Shown: in pieces, positions 1-11,916 of the stretch
How the letters are laid out: each line of letters opens with the position of its first letter
How positions within the stretch are numbered: the stretch's first letter is position 1
From: Octopus bimaculoides
Taxonomy: Eukaryota
Assembly (NCBI RefSeq): GCF_001194135.2
Contig: NC_068989.1
Location: forward strand, 94,179,163-94,243,162
DNA: 64,000 nucleotides
Reading direction: 5' to 3'
Program-made: the position numbers and the translations under genes
Notes under the pieces: model-generated
Told to the model about the DNA's origin: nothing
Database searches by the model: none
Seen by the model: only the letters and a program-made list of their open reading frames with translations

Positions 1-392
1 TTACTTCACAGAATGAGAGAAGCAATAAAATACTCATCTCTCTTCTACGCAAAATAGAATGAATGGACCCTCATTAAATGATTGGGGCCATCTCTATTCT
101 TGCAGTGCTTCGTTAATATTTGTTATGCATTGTTCGTTATTTTTAGAGTTTAGGGGACATATTCAAATATCACAATTCTGTAAAAGTAAATAAAATATCG
201 ATTCACCGTTAATGTTCACCGTACACCATGCCAACTATATACATGACAATATATTCAGTGTGACATTACACACACGCCTACACATTTATATAGACGCGTA
301 CACGTGTGCGTACATTTGTATGCTTATACTTATGTATAATTTCCTTCCACTCTCTCTCTCACAAATGTCTATATGTATGAGTGCTTGCGCGT

Positions 393-430
<38 letters not shown>

Positions 431-454
431 CTCTTCTACTTTTAACTATTTAAA

Positions 455-532
455 TATTTTGTCTGAGGAAAGAGCTGGTTCCTAACACAGATACAACGCT
501 CTATCTTTGAAATGTAGATCGCAAAAGCACTA
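455..532 (+). repeat. Short dispersed repeat 'family C' (CTGARGA-headed), copy 1
   Basis: ctgaggaaagagctggttcctaacacagatacaacgctctatctttgaaatgtag aligns by eye with the reverse complement of 61561-61620 (ctgaagagggacccggtttccaacaaagatacaaggctccatcttttgggatgtag). Confidence 0.55.
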
Positions 533-1563
533 TTACACTTTCGACTTGATAATAGTATTCTATATCTTTACTTTTCCACTTACAGATTATATTTCTTATG
601 TGCAATTTCGTTTGTTGATTTGTTGATCTGAAAATCCAAATTCATCCAGTTCATCACTTAGGCATTTACTCACAAAACCTAGCGAATCAATTATTATTAG
701 TATAAACGTGTATTTGTTATCTGGATATGTGCATATATCGTAATTTGAATGCAATACACATAAAAACATTTTCCGCAATACAAGCTTTATCAGACATATT
801 TCAATGAGATGGGTCGAGAAGATAGTTATGTAACATAAATAGAAAGGTTACAGCTTCCTCTGAGATTCGGTCCAGAATGTGGAGAACAATAAATTGTTTG
901 CAGTTTATAAAACGTTGCGTTAGCCTTGGACGCGTTGTTTGCGTGTCCATTAAATGAAAAGTGTCTTCGATAACTTATTTAACTATGTAGAAATTGTAAT
1001 GGAAATATAATAACTTATGTGTAATTTGGAATGGATTGGGAGAATACTCTACTCATGTTTACCGTATGAAAAATTTAATGAGAGAATATTATTAGAGAAA
1101 TGTTAAATGATTTTCAATAAACTTGGTCTATGATTAAATGATATCAAACAATTCATATTGTTTGAAGGATAAAATTATTTTTCCTTTACTTAAGGGACCC
1201 AGTTTTCAGAAATCTTCTGGGAAGTGAAGATATATGGTCAAATATTTGTGTGTCTATATAAAGAAGGCGGCTATAAGTTATATAAAACGAAACAGGAAAA
1301 ATTCAATTACTACTAATTATGGGGCGGTTATCCCTCCTGTCAGTCCATAGATACATGCTTCTTTGCGGCCCTAAGTGCTTTTAGGCTCTTCCTTCTAGCA
1401 ATGTAGGTACTACCCTGCACCGTCAATCACGATTAGTATGTGTGTGTTGTGTGAATGAAGACTGATGAAATGAGTGCGCAACACTGCACTGGTGGATATG
1501 ACAGGGGTGAGCTACGTACTAGCACTAGAAATAGATAAATACATGTATATATACAAGTACTAT

Positions 1564-1764
1564 TGGTTTCAAATTCTGGCACAAGGCCAGTAATTTTGGG
1601 GTACGTATTATCGACTCCTTTCTCAGCTGTCACTTATTTTATCGACCACGTAAAGATGAAAGGCAGAGTCGATCTCTGTAAAATTGGAACTCAAAACGCA
1701 AAGACGGACAAAGTGCCGCTAAGCATTTTGTCCGAGGTGCTAACTATTCTGCCAGGTTGCCGCC
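1564..1764 (-). mobile_element. SINE family 2 (~200 bp, head ggcggcgagctggcagaa..., internal ggggtcgat repeats)
   Basis: Reverse complement matches the better-preserved copies at 13267-13463 and 47555-47760 (head, gttctgagttcaaattc B-box-like segment, tail ggccttgtgcc). Confidence 0.8.
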
Positions 1765-1802
1765 TGTTCAAAAATGTCGTTAATATTAACAGCGTCACAA
1801 TC

Positions 1803-1947
1803 AGGCAGCAGAATCATTTGTAAGCCGCAAAAAAAAAAACGCTTAGCGACCTTTCGTTCTTTTTTATGTTCTGAGTTCAAATTACAGCGAAGTCAACCTT
1901 ACCTTTCAGCCTAGCGGGACCGATAAATAAGGACCAGCTGAACACTG
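1803..1947 (+). mobile_element. SINE family 2, degenerate partial copy
   Basis: gcttagcg...gttctgagttcaaatt...cctttca...gataaataag matches the family consensus seen in this window. Confidence 0.65.
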
Positions 1948-2702
1948 TCATCGACTTACCCAGTCCCACAAACTAGCTGGTTTTGATACAAAACTTGATA
2001 CCAATTTCAGGACTTGCAGTAGTACATGTTTAGTTGACGAGTAAAATGATTTGTTACATAAAGAGTCAAACCATGACAAAGTGAATTGATTGTATTTGAA
2101 GTTGAAAATGACACAAAGCGTTGGAAAGTTGTTCTGTGATGTGATATCTGGACATGTTTGAATTTTGTTGGCAGATGAGCTCAATAACCTGCTTCCACAA
2201 AAATAAAAAATCAATCTCCCGCAATTGAATTTCAGTATAAAACCGTTTAAATCGAGTTTTAGGATTATCATACAGTCTCTAATTTTATCTGTAGCAGAGG
2301 TAGAGGGTAACTATTGCTCTTGCGATCACCCATACAGTCTAGAGGTTTGAAATAATCAGAAAAACAGTATATTATAAATATTTTCTTTTAAATCTAGTAG
2401 TTCGTTAACATTAGGAAAAGAATAACCAGAGGCTAAAATTCTTTATCATTGAAGCATTTCATATTAAACTGTTTTGAAGATGAGAAGGTCCCCAAGAAAC
2501 ATTTTTTTCTGTCTTTCATTTCATAGATACCAACCCAGCCATCGTTTCGTTGCAACTGTAACCTTTCCTCTTCAAATTTTAGTACAAAATCCTCCCACAA
2601 TTTTGCCAGTCAATCTTTGTTTTTAACTCATCACCGTCCAATATCCCTCACCCCCATACATCATTATGTCAATCAAGCGCCAGATAACATCTTTAATATA
2701 CT

Positions 2703-2832
2703 CTTTTCTACTCTTGGCGCAAGGCTCGACATTTTTGCGGAGGGGACCAGTCGATTAAGTACGCAGCTGATACTTAATTTATCGACCCCGAAAGGATGAA
2801 AAGCAAAGTCGACCTCGGCGAAATTTGAACTA
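2703..2832 (-). mobile_element. SINE family 2, 3' half
   Basis: ttatcgaccccgaaaggatgaaaagcaaagtcgacctcggcgaaatttgaac is the reverse complement of the family core. Confidence 0.75.
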
Positions 2833-5039
2833 TAATATATTAAAATATCAGGTAATTTGTTTCAAATTTTGCATCACTATATTTGTTGTATATTTGCCAA
2901 ATTCATGAATGGAACTTCGTTCCAAGAATCAGGACTTAGGACTCTTTTGGGACGTCTTTGCATCAGCAGGTAGAAAATATCGCACAAAAGGATTTTGTCC
3001 TGCTTAATTTTCGTACGTGGGAGAATATAATTATTTATTTGAGATGTCTACAGGAACAGAAATACGCGATCGCGTGGTTTCTCATGTACAGCAATGATTC
3101 GTGTTGATGATAATGACATTTCTTGCACAATATTTCTTAACCTCATCAATAAGACAGCCATTGAGTTGGAACTAAATTGGTCCAATTTTACTCAAATACG
3201 ATATAGATACGAAGGTATACCCGTGTGTGTATGTATAGCGCATTTACTCGTGTCTAAGTTTATAGATAGATAGGGAGTGAGTGGAAGAGAGAGAAAAAAT
3301 GCTTTACTTACATAGGTTACAATACAAACTTATTGTTACCATTATCTTCGAGACGGCACGTTATATAAGACGTTGAATTCTTCAAGATTTGGGGATGATA
3401 TTAACAATGCTGTATGTTAAAAAACTCTGTATGTGCTGACTGCGTGAAGTAGTTACTTATGTCACGTTAATTCCATTTCTTCACTCTTTTGAAATGAAAG
3501 AGTTACCTCACACGATAACTAAATGAACGAAGAAGGAGATCCGTTTCTATAACTGTTTTCCTAACATTTCGTTGCTCTTCCTGTAACATGCAGTCAATAT
3601 ATTACATTTAGATGCTTGTTTTGCTTTTCTGTTAGGAAGATAACTCTGAAATATTAGCAGGTACTGAAAAGGGATTATAGTCACATAGCATCGCAATCAT
3701 TTTCAGACTGTTTGACTTTGATTCTAGACTACTTTATAACTAGGTCCAGGGTTGGTATGAGTGATGTACGACAAACGTATGACAGTAAATGATGATCTTT
3801 ATTTGCGTATATGTTATGTCTAAATTTATCCTTTAATCTTTAAACACTGCATACAATCGTAAAACAAGCATCAAGTTTTCATAAGTACCAAAGAAATTTT
3901 TAAGAGCTGTTTTATAAGGTCTAAAGATTATAAAATGAAATAGATTTGTAAGGCAATATTACTATAGATTTATATCTGAACGTGTTAAAAAAAATTCCCC
4001 TACTTTTGATAAATCCTGTAGAAACTCAGTCACCTCTTTCAATTAGCTACTGGGAAGAGTGTTATTATCGATCCACTGCGATGAACTGAACATGTCATGT
4101 AGAAGCTATTTTTCTCTTACACTATTGTTTGAGTGTACATATAATTCAATAAAATATATTTTGTAGCACTTAAAGAATTTTAATCCCTACTGCATGAATA
4201 TATGTTTCGTTTTATCAATGTAATTTCTAGAATTTTAATATAATTTATAGAAAACCTCACCAGGAAATAAGGGGCGGGGTGTATTTGTTTAACGTTAAAA
4301 ACATTAATTCAGTATGAATTGAGCCATTGTATGTTATTTGTCTCTAAGTCAGACTGCTTTAAGACTACTTTGTATTTCCGTTTCCATTTTGTTCGAAATA
4401 TTTTGACAAAGTACTACTAAATTTTGAAATGAATGTGATTCTTCTAATGAATCATTATTAATGGAAAATATTGAATGTAAATAAATTACAGCCAAGAAAT
4501 ACAGTTCATGCATACTATAGACAATTCTCAATCAACCATAGGAAAATGGAGATTTTATTACAATATAAGTCACACATGATAATGCAGACATCATTTTATT
4601 TCAATATCACAAGAATTTGTGCAATGGTCTATACAGCAATTATAGTTGAAAAAATAACAAACTGGAAAAGTCAGCGGGTATCTTATACACCCGCTTTACG
4701 CCCTTTTGTGTTCGGAATTATCTGAATCATACCCAAATTTTTCTACTCAATTTATAATCAACATTGATATGACAAATATTAATGTTGCGTTATTTATTGT
4801 AGTTGAATGGGAATCATGAAATTTTTATTGACATTTCAAAGATCAAAAGGTAAATTAAATTTAAGAGATTGTTATCATTGTCTAGACATTTCGAATATTC
4901 ATTTCCAATTTAGGAAGCAATTTTATGATAATACTGCAGTGAAGATGTTTTTATTGATTTCATGTTTTCTATATGGGCGGTGTATGTGACTTTACGATAA
5001 ACACCGTCTTAGAAATTCAAAAACGCTGCATTTTATATT

Positions 5040-5560
5040 TAGACTGCAATGCTTGTTTTCTTCTTTTTAAACTTTTATATCAGTGTTGATAGTTAATCAT
5101 TTATCAAGTGTCCAACAGAAAATCGAACAATTTTATCTATGTAAAAATGTCGGTTTTGTCATGATTCCATCCGATCTTATTTTCTATTCTATTTATCTGT
5201 CTGCATGTATGTATATCTTTCTATCCATCTACCGATCGCTCTTATATGCTCATGTATACGTGTATGCATATAAATGCGTGTTCGTTTCTCTTCTTGTCAT
5301 CTGTGAATTTATATTTGATCTTCTATATAAAAGATATTTCCTCCATCTGGTTGGTTTTCTTTCGACACAACGGGAAGTTACATTGCGGAACAGTTATTTT
5401 AAAGAGTTGTATTTATTTATCACCCGACGAGATACATCTGCATCACCGGATGGTCTTGAACCAGTTGTTTAATGTCCCACTCATGAAGAATCGATGCTAG
5501 ATGTGTCGAAACAATCGTCGTGATTAACAATAAATTCTCGTATATTCTATCTTCCGTCTT
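5040..5560 (+). mobile_element. Probable decayed Penelope-like 3' end with hammerhead-like relic at 5480-5519
   Basis: CTCATGA-A-GA...TC-GAAAC-AATC-GTC followed by aataaa; one substitution from the hammerhead core CTGANGA. Upstream peptide QKIEQFYL only weakly resembles PLE C-termini. Confidence 0.35.
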
Positions 5561-5570
5561 TCATTTGTCA

Positions 5571-5626
5571 TATATATATATATATATGCATAATGTGTTT
5601 ATATAGAGAGAGGGGTAGAGAGTGTA

Positions 5627-5711
<85 letters not shown>

Positions 5712-5712
5712 A
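5571..5712. repeat. (TA)n microsatellite
   Basis: Long TA run seen directly, with one short interruption. Confidence 0.95.
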
Positions 5713-6339
5713 TCACCCACACACTCACATATGTATAAATACATAGATGTAAATCTATTTTTGGGGCTGTCCCAGGAATAATCGACCTTTTAATATTTTC
5801 AAACGGGAGTGATTTGCTGGTGTACAATTTGGCGCAGTAATTTGTAATTCGTTTCGTATATTTGCACGTAAAACTGAATCCATAAGTTTTGTTGTACGTT
5901 AATTTTTGTTTCATTTTAGTAAACATTATTCTCTGTTTTATAGGAAATAAGATCTTATGATATCACGTTCTTAAATTTGCTTCCGTTTTTTTTTTCAGTT
6001 AATATGGAGATGAATACTTTTAACATAAATGACAGAGAAATTCTGTACTGGAGAGTCAACCACATTTGGTGCCAATTATGTTTCAAAGTCAGTTTTTTTG
6101 CTTAAACATTTTTGATGTACTTTGAATCGGCATATTGATAAAAATAGTACACTTAGTGTTCACCTTTCATACAACGCAAAGGATCAGAATATAAAAGACC
6201 TTTGATATATAACTATATTTCAAAAATACGTTATATATAGATTGCCGAGAGGACATCTGTAATTAAAGTCACCATAAATAGTCTCTTGTAAATATAATCA
6301 TATATTTTGAAACTTTAACTCCAAGATGACTTCAACGTT

Positions 6340-6512
6340 ATGTCTTCACAGCCGACAACTGATGAAGGGTCTAGTTCTGTGTTACCTTATCTTCTTTTCC
6401 GTATTTTCTCGTTGTTTACGTATTTAACTGGTTTTTGTCCTGTAAATGTTGTCCACGTTTTGTATATTTCTTGTGTGTATGTTATTGGCACCGTTATTGA
6501 CGTCCTGTACCC
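6340..6512 (+). repeat. Dispersed repeat 'family A', 3' fragment
   Basis: caaCTGATGAAGg...T-rich body...gtcctgtaccc end shared with copies at 7371, 10272 and 10680. Confidence 0.5.
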
Positions 6513-6723
6513 ATGCCTGTATGTATACACACACGCGCGCACACACATATATATATACACACATATATATATACACAGCCACGTCTATATGTATATATAT
6601 AATGTTCTATATGTATATATATAATGTTATATATATATATATATAATGTTATATATATATATATATATATATATATAACATTATATATATATACATATAG
6701 AACATTATATATATACATATAGA

Positions 6724-6875
6724 CGTGGCTGTGTGGTAAGAAGTTTGCTTCCCAACCAAAAGGCATTGGGTTCAGTTCCACTTCGATGCACCGTAGACGG
6801 TTGTCTGTTATAGACTTGGGCTGATCAAAGCCTTGTGAGTGGATTTGGTGCACAGAAACTGAAAGAAGCCCGTCG
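6724..6875 (+). mobile_element. SINE family 1 head (tRNA-like + CORE-like); tail lost in gap
   Basis: ggctgtgtggtaagaagtttgcttcccaacc...aaagccttgtgagtggatttggt...gaaactgaaagaagcccgtcg matches reverse complement of 54600-54778. Confidence 0.85.
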
Positions 6876-7137
6876 TATCTCTATCTCTCTCTCTCTCTCT
6901 CNNNNNNNNNNNNNNNNNNNNNNNNNNNNNNNNNNNNNNNNNNNNNNNNNNNNNNNNNNNNNNNNNNNNNNNNNNNNNNNNNNNNNNNNNNNNNNNNNNN
7001 NNNNNNNNNNNNNNNNNNNNNNNNNNNNNNNNNNNNNNNNNNNNNNNNNNNNNNNNNNNNNNNNNNNNNNNNNNNNNNNNNNNNNNNNNNNNNNNNNNNN
7101 NNNNNNNNNNNNNNNNNNNNNNNAAATGACGGAAAGA

Positions 7138-7174
<37 letters not shown>

Positions 7175-7177
<3 letters not shown>

Positions 7178-7721
7178 TTTCTTTTGTTTCGGTTATTTGA
7201 GTACAGCCATGCTGGAGCACCGACCCCAGGACTTATTCTTTGTAAGCGTAGTACTTATTCTATCAGTTTTACTGCCTAACCGCTAGGTTACGGGGACGTA
7301 AACACACCAGCATCGGTTCTGAAGCGATGGTGGTGGTGGGGGAACACAGACACACAAACATACACACAACTCTTCGAAACGCCGGTGTTTTAATGGTGGC
7401 AGCTGATGAAGGATATGTTCTCTATGTGGCCTGCTTGTTTGTTGTACCTAGTTTATCATTTTTTCCATGTTCTTTTGCAACGTCATGTTCCCAGATATGT
7501 ATTTATATGTACATGAAAGTATGCACATACAGGTACATATATATGCATATACTCATATATATATATATATACGACGTGCTTCTTTCAGTTTCCGTCTACC
7601 AAATCCACTCAAGGCTTTGGTCGGCCCGAGGCTATAGTAGAAGACACTTGCCCAAGGTGCCACACATTGGGACTGAACCCGGAACCATGTGGTTGGTAAA
7701 CAAGCTACTTAGCACACATCC
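7175..7721 (-). mobile_element. SINE family 1, full length, with internal microsatellite and nested family A fragment (7371-7494)
   Basis: Head 7570-7721 carries cttgcccaagg (CORE-like ccttgggcaag on minus); tail 7175-7360 matches tail at 54372-54560. Confidence 0.85.
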
Positions 7722-8093
7722 ACAACTAAATTTATACTTTAACCTGATGGTGCTTTGTTTTACTGGGAAGCAATACTGCTGTATTACACTATTTAATATT
7801 TTTTTCTTTGAAAACTTTATCACGGTTCTCGGTCTGTTAACGGCCAGGTGTTTCTGACAAGTATATACTGATATTAATTAAGCGACATTTAAGATTTTGT
7901 CTAGCTAATTCTAGCCGATGAGTACCAATCCAATTTACGCTAACAAACGTAATTTGGAAAGTTCGAAACCTAGGTCCTAGATTATCTACATCTGGGTTGT
8001 ACATTTATTTAATGAACAGATGAAATTTTCTTTATGTTTGCCGCCCGTTAACTTTTTACAATAGATTATATATATATATATATATATATATAT

Positions 8094-8851
8094 NNNNNNN
8101 NNNNNNNNNNNNNNNNNNNNNNNNNNNNNNNNNNNNNNNNNNNNNNNNNNNNNNNNNNNNNNNNNNNNNNNNNNNNNNNNNNNNNNNNNNNNNNNNNNNN
8201 NNNNNNNNNNNNNNNNNNNNNNNNNNNNNNNNNNNNNNNNNNNNNNNNNNNNNNNNNNNNNNNNNNNNNNNNNNNNNNNNNNNNNNNNNNNNNNNNNNNN
8301 NNNNNNNNNNNNNNNNNNNNNNNNNNNNNNNNNNNNNNNNNNNNNNNNNNNNNNNNNNNNNNNNNNNNNNNNNNNNNNNNNNNNNNNNNNNNNNNNNNNN
8401 NNNNNNNNNNNNNNNNNNNNNNNNNNNNNNNNNNNNNNNNNNNNNNNNNNNNNNNNNNNNNNNNNNNNNNNNNNNNNNNNNNNNNNNNNNNNNNNNNNNN
8501 NNNNNNNNNNNNNNNNNNNNNNNNNNNNNNNNNNNNNNNNNNNNNNNNNNNNNNNNNNNNNNNNNNNNNNNNNNNNNNNNNNNNNNNNNNNNNNNNNNNN
8601 NNNNNNNNNNNNNNNNNNNNNNNNNNNNNNNNNNNNNNNNNNNNNNNNNNNNNNNNNNNNNNNNNNNNNNNNNNNNNNNNNNNNNNNNNNNNNNNNNNNN
8701 NNNNNNNNNNNNNNNNNNNNNNNNNNNNNNNNNNNNNNNNNNNNNNNNNNNNNNNNNNNNNNNNNNNNNNNNNNNNNNNNNNNNNNNNNNNNNNNNNNNN
8801 NNNNNNNNNNNNNNNNNNNNNNNNNNNNNNNNNNNNNNNNNNNNNNNNNNN
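8094..8851. other. Assembly gap (one of 13 N-runs; others at 6902, 13747, 14990, 22140, 24612, 26929, 32183, 36582, 42825, 49241, 52664, 63355)
   Basis: N-runs seen directly, mostly bordered on at least one side by microsatellites. Confidence 0.98.
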
Positions 8852-8902
8852 ATTTACTCCTTTGGCTGATTAAGCGATGTAAAGCGTATTTAATCTCCAT
8901 AC

Positions 8903-9226
8903 CTTCGTTTTATTTGCTTTTTTCATTTTAAATTTGCTTTAACCCTAACCCTAACTCTAACCCTACGGTTAGGGTTAGAGTTAGGGTTAATTGTTTCAGA
9001 ATTGTTTGTTTATGTAGTCGGCACTTAATGTATATCGGCTGAATGGACGTCAGTGATTGGTTGAAATTACAGAAATACGACAACTTTAACATGGAATAAT
9101 TTATGGATTTCTTTTTTTTAAGAAGACTAAGAGAAAAAGATGTTTTATATGACACATTCTACCAGTGTTCCAAGTTTCAAAGTGTTTCGTTAATGAAAAA
9201 TGTGGCCCCCGTTTTAAAAAAGATCC
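8903..9226. mobile_element. Left-truncated copy of the telomere-palindrome MITE (see 23545-24092)
   Basis: Near-identical to 23780-24092, including the right TIR ending gatcc and a (TAACCC)n/(GGGTTA)n centre. Confidence 0.9.
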
Positions 9227-9978
9227 CGTTTTTCTTTAAAACATGAATGAATAAAGGAATGATTAATAAAATGACCGTGAAAATATTAGGAACTTGAGTT
9301 GTGTTATGACATATTATATTATACTCAAAACGAAACTAATGTCTTTCGGGTTTATTCTCTCTTGAATAGATAGGTAGTCTTTATGTAAACGTTAGCATCG
9401 GGATTTTGTTTTCTATAACGATAAGATTGTTTGGACTTATGAGAATTATATGTGACAGAGTGAGTGACAAGTAATTTGAAAGGCAATACATGGACGCGGA
9501 AATTATCAGACTTCTCTGAATAGCAAACAGAAAAACAGTGAGAACATTTAGTTTAATAATGAATATTGTGATAAAAGAACTTTCAGAATAATGATAATTA
9601 CCTGTAAATATTTCTAGGTTTTCTCGATAATATTGTAATCTATGTGTTAATAAACAAATAATGAAATAAAATGCCATACTTCCAACTGAGAATATAATAT
9701 TTGCGATACATTCAATAAAATGCAGTATTTGGTTTTTTTTAAGAAAAAGAGAAAAGGACTATGATGTTGATAATGATTCAATAGAAGGAAAATTATTAAA
9801 TTTCAAATTGAAAGAAACATTTTACCGTATTTGAGACTATTTGCAGTTGCGCTTTTGTATTTTATTAGTCTGTAAATAATCCATAATAATCCACGCATTC
9901 TTTCATATTAGTCTCATATGAAGACACACCCATGCAGTTATGCACATACACATGTATGTCTATATATGTGCGCGCAAG

Positions 9979-10121
9979 AGCGGCTGTGTGGTAAGAAGCT
10001 TGCTTACCAACCACATAGTTCCGGATTCGTCCCACTCCGTGGCACCTAGGGCAAATGTCTTCTACTCTAGCCTCGGGCTGACCAAAGCCTTGTGAGAGGA
10101 TTTGGTAGATGAAAAAGCCCG

Positions 10122-10167
<46 letters not shown>

Positions 10168-10608
10168 ATATATATAGATAGATAGACAGCTAGATAGATA
10201 GATAGATAGATGCATAGATCCATACATATATGTTCATACCTACATCTATATGTATGCATACATGCATATGTGGGTACAGGACAGCAAAGACAAAAAACGT
10301 TAAACACAATGAGAAACGAAAAGCGAAAACAGAAAACGAAATTTCCAACAACGGAAAAAACAGAGAAACGAGACCTGCAACATAAAGAGTATATCACTTC
10401 GTCAGTTGTCCCTGTCCATCTACTCCGCGTTTCGAAGTGTGTGTGTATGTATGTGTATCCCCAACATTACTTGACAACCGATGCTGGTGTGCTTACGTCA
10501 TCATAACTTAGCGATTCGGCAAACCAAAGATAAGTCTTGGGTCGATTTGCTCGACTAAAGGCAGTGCTCCAGCATGGCACAGTCAAATGACAGAAACAAG
10601 TAAAAGAA
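9979..10608 (+). mobile_element. SINE family 1, full length, with nested antisense family A fragment (10272-10437)
   Basis: Head 9979-10125, microsatellite, insert, then tail ...gacaaccgatgctggtgtg...ccagcatggc...gaaacaagtaaaag. Confidence 0.85.
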
Positions 10609-10679
10609 GTAGATATATGCCGGTGTAAGGGGAAGAGAGAGAGAGAGAGTGGAAGAGGGAGAAACAAAGGGAGGAAGTA

Positions 10680-11203
10680 GTTCTCTCTTTACCCCTCTCG
10701 TTCTTCCTCTGTTACTGCTACGTATCTCCCTTTCCCCCCTCGTACTTCCTCTCGTTGCTCACCTATTCTTCTACTTCCTCCCTTTGTTTCTCCCTCTACC
10801 ACTCTCTCTCTTCCCCTTACACCGACATGGTCACATGCTTCCGGTCAATACTCCTTTTCTTCCGTGGCTATCGCCGAGCAAACACGCGAACTACTTCGTC
10901 CCTACTTTCAAGTTCGTGCCTCACAGCGTTCATACACACATAATTTTTCTCGTCTGGCCGCAAAGCCTTTTCTGTTTGTTTTCCTGTCTTGTTTTTTATC
11001 CGCCACTACATTCCTCCATGGCAAGATTTAATTTGTGTATACAAATTTAATTTGCGGTCCATGGGAAGAGCCGTTTTAACGATGCGTCCTGCCCAGCTCT
11101 TCGAAACGCCGGTGTTAAAACGGGGGTAGCTGATGAAGAAGAATGTTCTCTATGTGACTTGTGTGTTTTCTCGTCTACGTTTTGTTTGCAATGTCTTGTA
11201 CCC
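10680..11203 (+). mobile_element. Dispersed repeat 'family A', long copy (possibly Penelope-derived)
   Basis: CT-rich 5' tract, aagatttaat, GAAAC-N22-CTGATGA, gtaccc end; similar layout to the minus-strand copy at 29105-29690. Class is inferred only. Confidence 0.45.
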
Positions 11204-11916
11204 AGATATGCACCTATACATACAGGTGGATGTCGGTATGCACATACCTGTACGTATATATGCATATACTCATTTACTATTTGTTTTTACATGACCGAAC
11301 GCAGCGTCACCAATCTACATATATATATATATGTACGCAGGTGTGCAAATATACGTATGTGTACATACATGTGTGTGAATGAGTGTGTGTGTGTGAATCA
11401 GTTTCGACGATGTGGACTCCAAAGTGATCAAATAAAAAAACGTCTAAACGGCTGACCGTTTCGCAAACTAGTTTGCCATTAATATTTTTCTAGGCCGGCC
11501 TGACTGTGAAACATTGATCCATGATGTCACGCAGTGGTTTCGAACATAGAAACTCGTGATTTGGGCTACGAACGTCTTAGTCATTCAGTCACACTCATAC
11601 TACACAAGTACAAATATACGCAGGCATTTCTATACACACAAACACACCTATCATACAAAAAAAACACACACACATACATATAAACACATATACACATTCA
11701 AAATACACACGAAATTGAACAGAATGTACAATGGACACGGATATAAAAAAGCCTCTAATAATGATATGTATATTTATTGACAAGCTTATTGATTCCAGAT
11801 CGATTGGTTGTCAGCAAATTCGGATATCACCTTCAGCCTATAGATGAGCATTGAGCTTGGTTTTATTTGTTTGTTTTTCTTCTGTTCATATATTTGCTAA
11901 ACCCTAAATGCCTTTC

